64,000 bases of DNA from Rhodosorus marinus CCMP1338 (GCA_029953675.1 JAMWBK010000004.1:1736001-1800000); one strand, 5' to 3'; numbered from the stretch's first letter, positions 1 to 10,857 are shown. Numbers and translations are program-made. The notes: generated from the letters alone by a model not told the origin.

Positions 1-1309
1 ACGCCCGGAGTAGATTCTCACAAACGTAATGCTTCCAACGAATGGATCAGTTGCAATCTTGAACGCAAGCGCAGAGAAGGGTTCTTCTTCGTCACTGGGC
101 CTCGCGGTTTGAGCAGCCTCCGCATCTTCCTCGTCCGGGATGACTCCCTTGATAGCTTCAACGTCCGTGGGTGCCGGGAGGTAGTCAACGACAGCATCCA
201 GGAGTGGCTGAACACCCTTGTTCTTGAAAGCTGTACCGCACAGAACTGGGGTGAAGGCAAGGCTGCAGGTTCCCTTCCTGATGCACTTCTTCAGAGTTTC
301 GATGTCGGGCATCTCTCCCTCAAGGTAGGCCATAAGAACGTCATCGTCCTGCTCAACGGCAAGCTCAACCAGCTTCTCGCGCCATTCCTCGGCCTGTTCT
401 TTCATGTCCTCAGGGATGTCCACAACGTTGAACTTGGCACCGAGCGACTCTTCCTCCCAGATCAGGGCATTCATATTCACAAGGTCCACAACGCCGATGA
501 AGTCTGCCTCTGCCCCAATTGGCAGCTGAAGAGTGAGTGGAACAGCTCCAAGCATGCTCTCGATTTGCTCCACAGTTTGGTAGAAATTGGCACCAGTTCG
601 GTCCATCTTGTTTGAGAAGCACATACGTGGCACCTTGTACTTGTTCGCTTGACGCCACACGGTCTCAGTCTGGGGTTCTACTCCCGAGACGGAGTCAAAA
701 CAAGCAATGGCACCGTCCAGCACTCTGAGGGACCGCTCAACTTCCAGTGTAAAATCGACATGTCCAGGTGTGTCGATGATGTTAATTCTGTGATCATCCC
801 AAAATGTGGTTGTGGCAGCCGAAGTAATGGTAATTCCACGTTCCTGCTCCTGTTCCATCCAGTCCATAGTGGCTGCTCCGTCGTGAACTTCTCCGATCTT
901 GTATGATCGTCCGGTATAGTACAAAATACGCTCTGTGGTCGTCGTCTTCCCAGCGTCAATATGCGCCATGATACCAATGTTCCTGTACTGAGACAAGGGT
1001 GTTTCTTCGCCTTTCTCAGACACACCACCATCAGCCATCATCCTCACGACACGAGACTTCGAAACCCCGAATCTCGGTCCCGCGACGCGCGCAAGCGGTC
1101 CGGGCTGCGAGCTGCGGAGTCCGCTCCACTGCACCACAGAAAACAGAAAAACAAAACCAAGAACAGGCTCTCCTTGAGATATATGCTCGCGCATTAATAC
1201 CCCAGCGGAGAATTTAAATCAATCTCTTCAACCTTACCTGCGAAGAGCAGACAGCGGAGCTCGACTTGACGCTAAGGCCGAAAGCAGCCGACACAAATCC
1301 AGCGTCCAT
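1..1309 (-). CDS. fusA: Translation elongation factor G, plastid-targeted (5' part; continues beyond the window's left edge)
   Basis: Manual minus-strand translation gives [71 protein letters not shown] and [20 protein letters not shown]. Exon 1 (1309-1238) reads [30 protein letters not shown]...CAG intron spans about 1237-1129, and exon 2 is open from 1128 to the window edge. The ORF track misses it because it has no stop inside the window. Confidence 0.97.
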
Positions 1310-2678
1310 CTCGTCCGAAATGAAATTGCAGGCTATGCCAAACAACAAATCCAAGAAAGGAGAAAAATAAAACACAAACCAATACACACAAAATTTAGAC
1401 CTCTCAAATCCTCTCTAACCTGAAAGGATCCTACCCACACTCTCCTTCCTCCCCACTAGCCCATCATTTTCCCCTCCACAAAAAGTTGGGCACCTACTCC
1501 GTCCCACTACCAACAAAAAAAATCCGTAAAAAACCCACTCAGGAACTATTATAAAATCCCGTCCATAAACTATTAAAAAACCTCAAGTAACACAAAAAAA
1601 TTTCTTAAAAACAAACAACTTCTCTCTCCCCTTTCTCGCAGGGGGGGGGGGGGTGGTATCAGACCTACCCCCCCTCCTTCCCCCCGCCAACACGAGAAAA
1701 CTAAGCCACCAAAAATCTCAGAAAACCGTTCGTGCGCTACCGCAGAAATCGTTTTGGCCGACGTGAAAAGGAAATATTGAGACGGATCCAGAAAAAAAGC
1801 CAAAATTTAAAAAGTCTAGTACATGTTTCTTAAATAATTTCAGCATTTACTTTATCTCAGGTTAAAGCCCATACAGATTTTTCCACGTGTCTGGTATAGA
1901 CGCGTGGCGTTTTATTATTAGCTTATCGTTTCCGTCGACGAGCTTCGATGAAATAGCGCTTTGTGGAGATCAAGAAATATTTTTTGCAAATGGAAAATAG
2001 ATTGTTTTTCTGAAATATTTTCTTACTATTCGATAGGGCACGATATGTGATTAATGCACCCCACCCCCACCTACCCCCCCTACATCATCCCATCTTTCCA
2101 CTCCGGGGGGTCTAGAAATCCAGTTCCTCAATGTAGAGTGGGACCCAGGTTTGAGAGGATGAAGACCGGGGGTAGATTAAGGGGATAATTCTTATCCAAT
2201 GTGAAAATATTTTAATAATATGAAAAGAAAAGGATCGAGCTTTAAAAATCCAACTATTTTTATACCAGAAATGTCAGTTGACTGATTTGAACCGATCCTT
2301 ATTTGTACACATGATTTTGAGGATGGGATTCTCCGCAGATTCCTAGATGAAACCGGTCAACCCCCTACCTCAAGCGTGGGGACCGCGCGGACCTGTTTAC
2401 ATGAAAATGGCAATCACAATCTCGAGATGGGAAGGAAGGAATTGAATCAGGGTTGAGAAGGGGGTTGAAGTTCGCGACTTCATCGATGCAAAATCTTGTT
2501 TAATAACAAAAAATAGAAGACTCTGACTATCCGGCCGGATTCTGGATCCTCGTTGGAAAGGGGGTGAAGAGCAGAGCTCGATTATGTACCGCGAGGGTAA
2601 GGGGTGGAGTCCAGAAAGGGTTAAAGTAATCATATTTTAGATGGGTTGACGTCGATTCGCAGCTGGAAAGGCGTGTTC

Positions 2679-2694
2679 TGTACTCGCAGGGTCA
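2679..2694. repeat. 16-bp direct repeat, left copy (candidate target-site duplication; partner at 4214-4229)
   Basis: TGTACTCGCAGGGTCA here versus TGTACTCGCAAGGTCA at 4214-4229 (15/16 identical). The pair brackets the retrotransposon relic. Confidence 0.4.
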
Positions 2695-3067
2695 CCTTCG
2701 TGTTAAATGCGGAGTTTTGGATAGTCTTTTGCACATTGCTAATCTAGTACGGTTTGTACTAGTGTACTAGGGAACTGCGTACAGCTTTGCTGTTGGAAAC
2801 GGATGCAAGTCCCAAGCACGGACGCGGGATCTGCAATACGTGCGTTTGGTGCAGCTATTCCTGAATAGCCGGCCTGTACTGCACGCCGTGAAAACGATGG
2901 AATCTGTCCTAGAAAGTCAACAGTAGCGCTGTCACGTGAAGCATGGCTATAGATTCGCAGTTGATTCGGGTGGCGGATGCCTGCTCGAAGAGGAGGATGT
3001 GCTGGTTCACATTCTGCTGCTTACTGCAAAGCCAGCTTCTTTCAACAACAATTTAGTTTGAGCCTAT

Positions 3068-4075
3068 CTACCCTGAAGAGCGGAAACGGAGACGCTGATT
3101 ACGCGCGCCCAACAACAAAGCAGCATTCGAACGCCAGAGGCGCAGGGACAGCTCCGCGAGGAGGCTGTTAAAGGCGCTGGCGAAGTCCACGGAGAGTGTC
3201 CCCATCGAGGCATCACATAGATTGTCCAAGCGATGGATGCGCGTCACAAGTTCGCAACCACCCGTATGCCCAACCCCTACCTGCGTCAGGCCAAAAAAGC
3301 CGCGCGCCGTCTCAGCAGAGAGGCGCGCGGCTTTTTTGGCCTGGACGGTAAGCGACTGGGTAACTTGCGAGCGCCTCGCCCATGCCGATGGGTGGGGTGA
3401 GGGCGGCGCCACGGAATGACCAGGTTTGGACAAAAAGACAAGCTGGGATTGCGAAATCAAATTCCAAGCCACCGTACACAGCGCATCGCCATTGACCAAG
3501 GCCTCTACTACCCGTGCGAGGACATCGAGACCCTCCTCGCCCAGCCATTGGAACAGCGAAGCCCGGAAGCACCAGGAGCGCGGCCCTTCGGGGCAGACTC
3601 CATGAGAGCGGGTACCTCGTCAGGCCGAACAAACATCCGTCCTGTACCGGGAAACGATTCAACGTAGGAGTCCAAGACAGACTGGAACCCAAGAGTTCCA
3701 ATCCACATCGCTTGCCGGGGACAGCCCAGCGACCGCTTCAGCAAGCTCGGTCTGGAAGGGCTCAACGGTAGCCTTGCGACCGAAAAATAGCCGCCCCGCG
3801 CCGAACATCTCCCTGGACCACAGCCTTTTTGCCCTGGCCTGCTTACGAGGCGAGAAGAAGATGAAGGGGAAGCCAAAGGCGCAGAAGGACTCGAAAGGTA
3901 CATTTTGGATTCCAATCAAAGTTCCCGCGAGAAACAGCTGAACCTTCCGCTTGATGGGACACGGATCGCGACCCTTGGAGGGCGCAAGCACGAAGCGGGA
4001 AAAACAAATAAAAGTTCCAACACAGCTCCGACCCAGGGTGATCCGACACTCCATGACAAGAAAATCTGACAAGAA
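3068..4075 (-). mobile_element. Decayed non-LTR retrotransposon (CRE/SLACS-like clade): pre-RT region and first RT subdomains, several frameshifts
   Basis: Motifs occur in the expected order across shifting minus frames: FVLAPSKG..KRKVQLFLAG, ARAKRL, VPALMESAPKGRAPGASGLR (cf. SAPGPDGLR), LVFLSKPG, PIGMGEAL (cf. RPIAVGE), QVGVGHTGGCE (cf. QxGVGxxGGxE) and VDFASAFNSL (cf. LDFxNAFNS). I could not find a QGDPL or YxDD motif downstream. Confidence 0.8.
3287..3343. repeat. Perfect 22-bp inverted repeat (hairpin) with a 13-nt loop
   Basis: CAGGCCAAAAAAGCCGCGCGCC (3287-3308) is the exact reverse complement of GGCGCGCGGCTTTTTTGGCCTG (3322-3343). TCTC/GAGA in the loop can also pair. Confidence 0.95.
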
Positions 4076-4213
4076 AGAAACCGCCTCTCCGCTTCCTTCT
4101 CCGTTTCCGCCAGTCGTCTTGCTGGGATTTCAAATGTGAAGCTATTTTCTCCTGACGGTCTGGGTTGGTTATGTAGTTGAGGTAGCCTTGCGCATAAGTT
4201 GCACCCGTTTTCT

Positions 4214-4229
4214 TGTACTCGCAAGGTCA
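4214..4229. repeat. 16-bp direct repeat, right copy (candidate target-site duplication)
   Basis: TGTACTCGCAAGGTCA matches 2679-2694 at 15/16 positions. Confidence 0.4.
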
Positions 4230-4485
4230 TTGCGTCAGCAGAGTCGAACACAAGTTAGCGGCTTCACGAGTTGCCGGAAGAGTGGAAAAAACTCGGATTT
4301 GTGGAAGTGACTGTCATTTTCATGAATCCCGAAACGGCCTGAATCCTTGCTTGAACGAATCTTTATTTACACATTTTCTATTTGCATTGTTTCCAGTCTC
4401 CTAGTCGCCCTCCTCAAAAGGACTCCCCAAGGTTTCGCCCTTCCTCCGTGCCCAGCGGAACACAAGCTATCACTCTAGCCGGCAG

Positions 4486-6885
4486 TCATCCAGTCAACCT
4501 GGTCTGAGTCGAACACGTTGACGCAGTGGCAGCAGAGGCGAGCGCTTCCCAAGCACTCAAATCTCCCTCAAATGTCGAGTTGAAGGTAGCGAAAACCTTC
4601 CGCGCCACAGTTCGATTTGGTTCTGGCAGATACTCGATGATTTTGTTCACTATCGCCGGGTTTGTAACATCGCACAATTGGATTTCTGCAGCTGCATCTC
4701 CGAATATGAGGCCACCATCCATTGATCGAATGATTTCAAGTAAACAAATGCCGAGAGCTGACGCCGATAGAATATCCACAGATTCCCCCAGGGTCGGTAT
4801 ATTAATAAAGATTGAAGATATCTCCTCGCGCGGGGTTGTTTCATCGAACTTAGAAGGGTCCAATCGAGACAACAACTTGCAAAGCAGAAGCAAAGGCTCG
4901 GGAAGGTGTTCCTCTTCACTCGGATATTGCTCGAGCATCGTTTCCAGTGAGCTGCCAAGGAAGCTGCAATTGAGAAATGCCGACTCGACATCTAAAGTCT
5001 TAGGAAATGCGTTCCTCACGTTGATTTTCAACTTGGACGTCAAGGGGAACGCTTGAGAGCTCAATCCATTAACCGAGTAACCTCGGTCTTCGAAGAGCTC
5101 GCTATTTCTTGTGAGATTTGCCGTAACGGAAAGCTTCACTACACTTGCCGCTGGAAGAGTACCTTGAACTGGTTCCACTGTCAACCAGTCCGGCACCTCC
5201 TCAAGGTCAACCTCAAACTCGACCGGGACTATCCCTTCGTTGGACAAAACGGTACTTTCGACAGGATGATAGCCAAGTTGTACCATTTCCAAATTGATCC
5301 TGTGCGGCGTCAGGTCGAGCTTCGGCAGCAGCTTTCTATGTATCTCGGAGAATACGTTAGCTCTCTTATCCTGGTCCAACTTCGAGGCTGTAACGTTAAA
5401 CACAGCCGAGACGGGACGGTGATCTGAACCAAAGACCTCGTGCCTTCTGTACGAATCCAACTCCGCGAGAAACTGTAATCTAAAATTCTCCGCCCCGTCT
5501 GTGGCTGAATCGGTACTTGTCTTTTCATCGTATTTCTCATGTATTTTCCACAAGATCCTATCCGTCCACGCGGGCGTCCTCGGCGTCTGCGATTCGGTCC
5601 CAACGTCATAGCCCACTTCGTGCTTGTTACACTTATACGTCGGTGGGAACGAAATTTTCCCCTCCTTAAAGTTCAAGAATGCCCCATGCGCACTTTTCAA
5701 TGCTTGGTTGAGCTGATCATGCTTGAGCAAAGTTTCCCAGTCTTCGGCCTCAACGCTGCGGACGACATCTTCGAGCGGCAGATCGAGACGATAGTTGAGA
5801 TCTCCGAGCCAGACCACCAAGTCCTGATCTGGGATAGTGATGGTGCTCTCGTTGGCGAACAAAAGCGCGGAAAGATTGGAATACTGAGCCTTCTCCTCTG
5901 TGAACACAATTCTGCGTAGCACCTCGCTGAAATCTTGGTTACGACGGGACACATTTTCCTGGTGCGCAGCTAGGTGACACGCTACGAAGCAAAAGGTGGA
6001 CTCGTAGATCTGCATTCGACTAGCGATAGCGCCTTTGTTGCCTCCTTTGTACATGAATCCAGTCCCGACCTCTGTTGTCATGACACCCTTGACAGCGTTT
6101 TCGTGTTTAGCCCTGACAAAAACCAGAAGCAAGATCCCCACCATTTGTCTAGCGCAAACACATACATAGTCACCCACCGTCTTCAAGGTCTTTTCAATGT
6201 GGGCGGTCCAATCTCTTCCCTTTGAGGAGTCCGTAGTCATGGCTCCCATACCAACTAACGGCTGTACCTCTTCAATCCCAATTGCGAACACGTCATAGTC
6301 ACAGTTGTCAGCTGACAGCCAATCGCTCAAATCTGCTTCCGGTTCACTACCCCCAACGTTCCACGTTCCACTAAAAATCTTGAGGCTAACGGGTGTGACG
6401 TACTCAGGCCTCCTATCAAGAATTTGCTGCTGAGCCCAAAACCGTCTCCCTTGTGCAGTAGCTAAAAGTTCTATTTCCTTCTGATCCCTATCGATGAAGG
6501 AGCGCAGATCCCTTCCGGGAGAATTTGGTTGCAAGTCTCCGGGGCTCGATAAGTTCCGTGACTCGAACGTGAACCTTTGCGCATTTTCATCAGCTATTGA
6601 CAAGAAATGGCTTGGTCGTCCATTTTCTCCTTCGAAAGAGGTCGTAATAACTCGAAGGGACCTGAAATCTACTTTCCGTAAACTGACGTCTTCCGCCTCA
6701 TCCTTCTCCGTTACTACCGAGTGTTTCGATGACTCCTTGCTACTTTGCATGGAGTTATTACTGAATGGTTCCATACCGGCCAGGCGTCTCTTAAGCTTCA
6801 AATTACCAGGCGCTTCCACAGCATCTTGCTCAAAGCGGACACTCTCCACAGAGTCCTCCAACTGCACAGAACGGAATTCCTCCAT
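4486..6885 (-). CDS. OCRL: Type II inositol polyphosphate 5-phosphatase, OCRL/INPP5B-like (putative PH-like region, 5-phosphatase, ASH, RhoGAP-like)
   Basis: Motifs GTWNVG, GNKGAI, FCFVACHLAAH, WLGDLNYR, PAWTDRILW and GSDHRPVSAVF are present. They are followed by an Ig-like ASH-type region (LSNEGIVPVEFEV..PDWLTV.P..G) and a helical RhoGAP-like end. The likely start is the ATG at 6885 (MEEFR); the ORF track's upstream poly-Val stretch is a microsatellite. Confidence 0.9.
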   Translation of the reverse strand: MEEFRSVQLEDSVESVRFEQDAVEAPGNLKLKRRLAGMEPFSNNSMQSSKESSKHSVVTEKDEAEDVSLRKVDFRSLRVITTSFEGENGRPSHFLSIADENAQRFTFESRNLSSPGDLQPNSPGRDLRSFIDRDQKEIELLATAQGRRFWAQQQILDRRPEYVTPVSLKIFSGTWNVGGSEPEADLSDWLSADNCDYDVFAIGIEEVQPLVGMGAMTTDSSKGRDWTAHIEKTLKTVGDYVCVCARQMVGILLLVFVRAKHENAVKGVMTTEVGTGFMYKGGNKGAIASRMQIYESTFCFVACHLAAHQENVSRRNQDFSEVLRRIVFTEEKAQYSNLSALLFANESTITIPDQDLVVWLGDLNYRLDLPLEDVVRSVEAEDWETLLKHDQLNQALKSAHGAFLNFKEGKISFPPTYKCNKHEVGYDVGTESQTPRTPAWTDRILWKIHEKYDEKTSTDSATDGAENFRLQFLAELDSYRRHEVFGSDHRPVSAVFNVTASKLDQDKRANVFSEIHRKLLPKLDLTPHRINLEMVQLGYHPVESTVLSNEGIVPVEFEVDLEEVPDWLTVEPVQGTLPAASVVKLSVTANLTRNSELFEDRGYSVNGLSSQAFPLTSKLKINVRNAFPKTLDVESAFLNCSFLGSSLETMLEQYPSEEEHLPEPLLLLCKLLSRLDPSKFDETTPREEISSIFINIPTLGESVDILSASALGICLLEIIRSMDGGLIFGDAAAEIQLCDVTNPAIVNKIIEYLPEPNRTVARKVFATFNSTFEGDLSAWEALASAATASTCSTQTRLTG

Positions 6886-6892
6886 AACCCAC

Positions 6893-6919
6893 ACGACAAC
6901 GACAACAACAACAACAACC
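6893..6919. repeat. (ACA/ACG)n trinucleotide microsatellite just upstream of the OCRL-like start
   Basis: ACGACAACGACAACAACAACAACAACC read directly from the sequence. Confidence 0.85.
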
Positions 6920-8820
6920 ACCCTCAACTAACACCAGACAGGGACCAAAACCTACAACCTCCGAACCTTTCCCTTCCTCCATGAGTCCCTCAAGGAGGAC
7001 ACGAACGAGCAAGTCCTCCAAATTATATAACATACAACTTCAGTATCAGAATTCAAAAACCAAACGGTCCCCTCCCGCCCTCCTCTCAAAGATAAAAGCT
7101 TTCACCTCCATCCTTACTTATCATAGATTCTGTACCTAAAGCCTAGGAAATTTTTTTCAGTCCACCTCTTCACCAACCCACCCTTACCCACGCACCCTCC
7201 CCTCCTTCCCTTGCCACGCCAAGACTACTTCCCCCTCCCCCACATCATCGCATACACAATATTTCCAGTCCTTTAAAAACTCCCCTTCTCATCTTCCCGA
7301 CACAAAAACCTAAAAAGAAATAAAAATTTCCCTATATCATCACACTCAAGTCCACTTCCAATCCAATTTAACCAACTATTCCCATTCTCCATTTAACAAT
7401 TTTCAAAAAACATTACTATTTCATCCAATCAAACGTAACGATGCACAGAAATATTAACCAAAAACAATTTCAAATCAATTATATATCATGAGGTTCCGCA
7501 AACATTATTGTTAACAAACAAGCACCAAAAAACCAAAAAGGGGGGGGGTATGGAGCTACCATACAACTAGCTGTTATTTATATTTTTTTCAAAACCGAAG
7601 AAGTGCTCTGCACGAGCTGAACATGCGGTTTTAGACGAAATCGAGCAAAATAAGGTATATTTCAGCAAAATTGACCTTGAAAATAAATAGTTTTTGAGAA
7701 CGTTCGAAGGTATCTACAGAAAAATATTGGCAAAATACATTGTTCAGTATAACGAAGGTACCTAAGGAGTTATCTATAACAAATTTTCTTTCTTTCATGA
7801 TTTCCGCGGATTATCAACACCCCCCTCCCCCCCTTACCCCTACAATTCCCAACTTATCAGTTTTTTATATCTGATTTACTGATCATGTTTCGAATGCACC
7901 TTGAAATTGGAACTTTTATTGTAAAGGGGTTTCCAAAAATGGGGTTACTTATTTCACGTGTCAGAGCATATGGTTTGATTTTAATAGGGGTAGTTGAACC
8001 TATAAGGAAAAATCCAGAATCGATTCTCGGAGCCCGTCAAACGATTGTTGAAGAAATAAAGTTTGGCTTAAAATAATTTTTTATACAAATCTTTCATGGA
8101 TTTGTCAACGTGTAAAAGAGGTACAGAAAATTTTCTTAAAGGATGTCTCAGATATCTCTCCTTCTTTACCCCTGGGATTTTGATCGAGAATGGTTGACTT
8201 ATTTAGGTGGGTGTGGGGCGTCGTGTTGTTGGCGGTATTGATGACGGTCTTAATTCAGGTTTCTGGTTACTACTGGGTACGAAGTGCGGAGCAACCCGGA
8301 GCTGACAGGGTTTTGGTGGAGAATCGGGTCTGCAAATCTCTGCCGCGCAGAGGATGAAGGACTGTTTCGAGGGGAGCTTTCTATATTTAGAAAAAGAAGG
8401 AGAGGAAGTTCCGGTTGCTGTCGTTATCTTCGGATTATTTGGGCTGCCCACTCAAGTTCCTTCATCCTTAGTAGAGTGGAGATGGCAAGCTGGCGGCCAG
8501 ACGTATACGTGAAAAAGTTGGGCGCGCCGCGATCGCCGGGATTGTTTTCGAGAATATCTAACTATAGTAGCTGTGACGGCTTGATGGAGAACGCATTTTG
8601 ACATCGAGGACTTATTGCGGAGGGGGGGGGTGTTGCTTCTGCCTTAACCATGATCTAATAGTTTTTTTTGAGACCGAGAACGTCTCTAGATCTCCTCTGG
8701 GTCGCTGAATCAGAACACGAATTCAGGTTCTTCTGACTGCGGTTGCGTTAATAGCTCCGCTAGAAGTGTCAGGAGAGAGCATGGTCTTGGACTGTACAGA
8801 GGACTGTAGCAGGATTGCTA

Positions 8821-8852
8821 AGCGGTCACAGGATGGATATCCTGTGACCGCT
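8821..8852. repeat. Perfect 14-bp inverted repeat with a 4-nt loop
   Basis: AGCGGTCACAGGAT-GGAT-ATCCTGTGACCGCT. Confidence 0.95.
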
Positions 8853-8885
8853 CGCGGTCGCATTACTTGTGGGCTCCTGCCTGGG

Positions 8886-8895
8886 CTATAAATAG
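8886..8895 (+). promoter_or_regulatory. TATA-box-like CTATAAATAG with no identified downstream gene
   Basis: Exact motif, 34 nt after the 14-bp hairpin. No recognisable plus-strand CDS follows until 10858. Confidence 0.25.
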
Positions 8896-8899
8896 GTCC

Positions 8900-10274
8900 A
8901 GCTCCGAGCACGGAGGGTTCCAAAACCTTCCCCCCCCCCCCCACAATGGTAATGAGCAGCTAGCTACACTATGAAGAGGCCTTGTGAAGTCTGTGCACAA
9001 CTGTGCAAGGATACACATCCCGACTGGATTGTGCACGTTACCCAAACCTCCGTGGCCTCACAAGAATGGTAGCCACTCGACTTCAATATTTGTCACGCAG
9101 CTTTTTGTGGTAGTAACTTAATCTCCGTTGAAATGATGAGGAAGATGTCATTCACATTGTTGATTCCTACTCCTTGGATGACCTCGTACAATTGCTTCGT
9201 GCTTCGAGTGATCGGACACTACTTAGCCCAAGCCGATGTCTTCTCTAAGCAAATTGCGGTATACGAAAACATTATGGCAAGAGATAGACGCACCTCCATA
9301 AACAGCCTCAGGTACGGATGCTTGGGTTCCAGCTGGATAAGTCCGCTCCTTGCCACGGATCCACTAACAGGCTGAGCCCCTGACACCTGGTTCTTTCCTG
9401 ATCACCCATACGCATGCTCCAAAGCAGCCTCTTTGGACTCTATTCGGAGGTGTGCGACACTCCCACGATTGATTCCATCTCATCATAATCGTTCGATGTT
9501 GTACTTCCGTTTGCTCTTGGAAGCAAAGATAGTAGAGGCGCCGGTAAGCAGACTAGTAATTTACTTACATTGCTAGTCTGCTTTACACGAGAGCTCGTGA
9601 ACTACGAGAGGCTGGGACCATGAACTGCAGCATATCCTTTTCCGTCGCTCCAACAATTCCAACACTCTACTGACAGTGCTCTTCTGTTCAGTCAGTCCAC
9701 CGGCATGGACAGCTGCCGTTAAATGTTTCAGTGTCATCACTGGGGCGCTAGCACTCAACGTATAATGCGATCGGAAAGGACGAGTCGGTCGTCTTTTTTC
9801 ATCCGTTCTGAAGATCCATTCCACAAGTTCCAGCAGGGAGGACTTATCAGACAAACTGGCAAACTTGTGCGGATAGATTTTTCCAGCTGGAGGGGGAACG
9901 CGTCATCTCCTTTTCCGGCTGACGGCAAGCTCATCAATTTCTGAAGCCTTTGAGTATTCCAAACCTTTGCAAAACTCAAACGTTCATCGGAAGAGTTGTC
10001 ATCTGGGTCAGTCAATTTAGAACTTCTGGCTTGCGACAACGACGATAAACCAGTCGGAAGAGAATTGTTGGGAATAGAGACCAAGCATTGAATTTCTCCA
10101 AGCGCATATCGGAAATAATTGCTGAGCGGACATTTCGGCTTGAAAGCCATCAACTTCCCTCGTTGGGATAAATTTGTAAGTGATCGCAAGCGAAAGCACC
10201 CCCTCATCTTTTCCGGTAGAGAAAAGCTGGATTAAGTAAAAGCCTTCGTTTTGCTGTTCGGGCACCTTCACCAC
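8900..10274 (-). pseudogene. Possible decayed coding relic (perhaps a second, older non-LTR element)
   Basis: Protein-like minus-strand fragments broken by stops and frameshifts, e.g. KLMSLPSAGKGDDAFPLQL and WLPFL*GHGGLGNVHNP, loosely recall non-LTR SxPGPDGFP and LPxxxGGLG motifs. The spacing is imperfect. Confidence 0.25.
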
Positions 10275-10857
10275 CAGGAAAAAAGGTTTGCGCAGAGCCT
10301 TTTTCCAGACCTGAAAATCCTAGTCGACAGTCGGCGAACCTCCGCGGTGGATTAGACGAATCACCAGGACGGCGTGCGGGGTGTATTTGTGTGTTGGCAG
10401 CTGGGCCTCTTTTCTTGGTACTGGCTATCTTTCCTATTCCTTACTTTCCTGGAAGGAAAGTGGTGCTCAGAGTCTTCTTTGGAAAATTTGGGCAACTTAA
10501 CCTCCTGGAAAAGCCTTGCGTAGAGAATTTTTCAATACTTGAAAATCCTTGCCGACGGTGGGTTGGAAGTGGAGTTGTCGCAAGGGCGCCGTGTTGGGCG
10601 TGTGGGCAGCTGGCCGTTGCTCTACTGGCTACTCCTTCTTTATTGAAAGGATTTTTCTTCTTTTTCTTTGCTTCGGGTCGGATTGAAGTTTTGGAAGTCG
10701 CAAAGAACAGGCTCAAGTCGAACTCGGGCGTGGTTCTTTTATTTTCTTCCGATCAGAACGTCACTTCGACGCGCTGGTTGTTTTTTGGTTTGGCTTGGTG
10801 GCGGTTCTTTTTGGGTGTCTTCAGGGCGTATGCTGTGGGTGCGGAGATCTGTGAGGG

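Noticed and set aside
109-615. Plus-strand ORFs overlapping EF-G (and similar antisense ORFs over OCRL, the aminopeptidase, SBE, CDC23 and NUP133)
   Set aside because: Shadow frames of well-supported genes on the opposite strand, with no motifs of their own.
3287-3343. Rho-independent terminator or bacterial contamination
   Set aside because: It lies within a eukaryotic retroelement relic, and the flanking genes have spliceosomal introns. Kept only as a hairpin.
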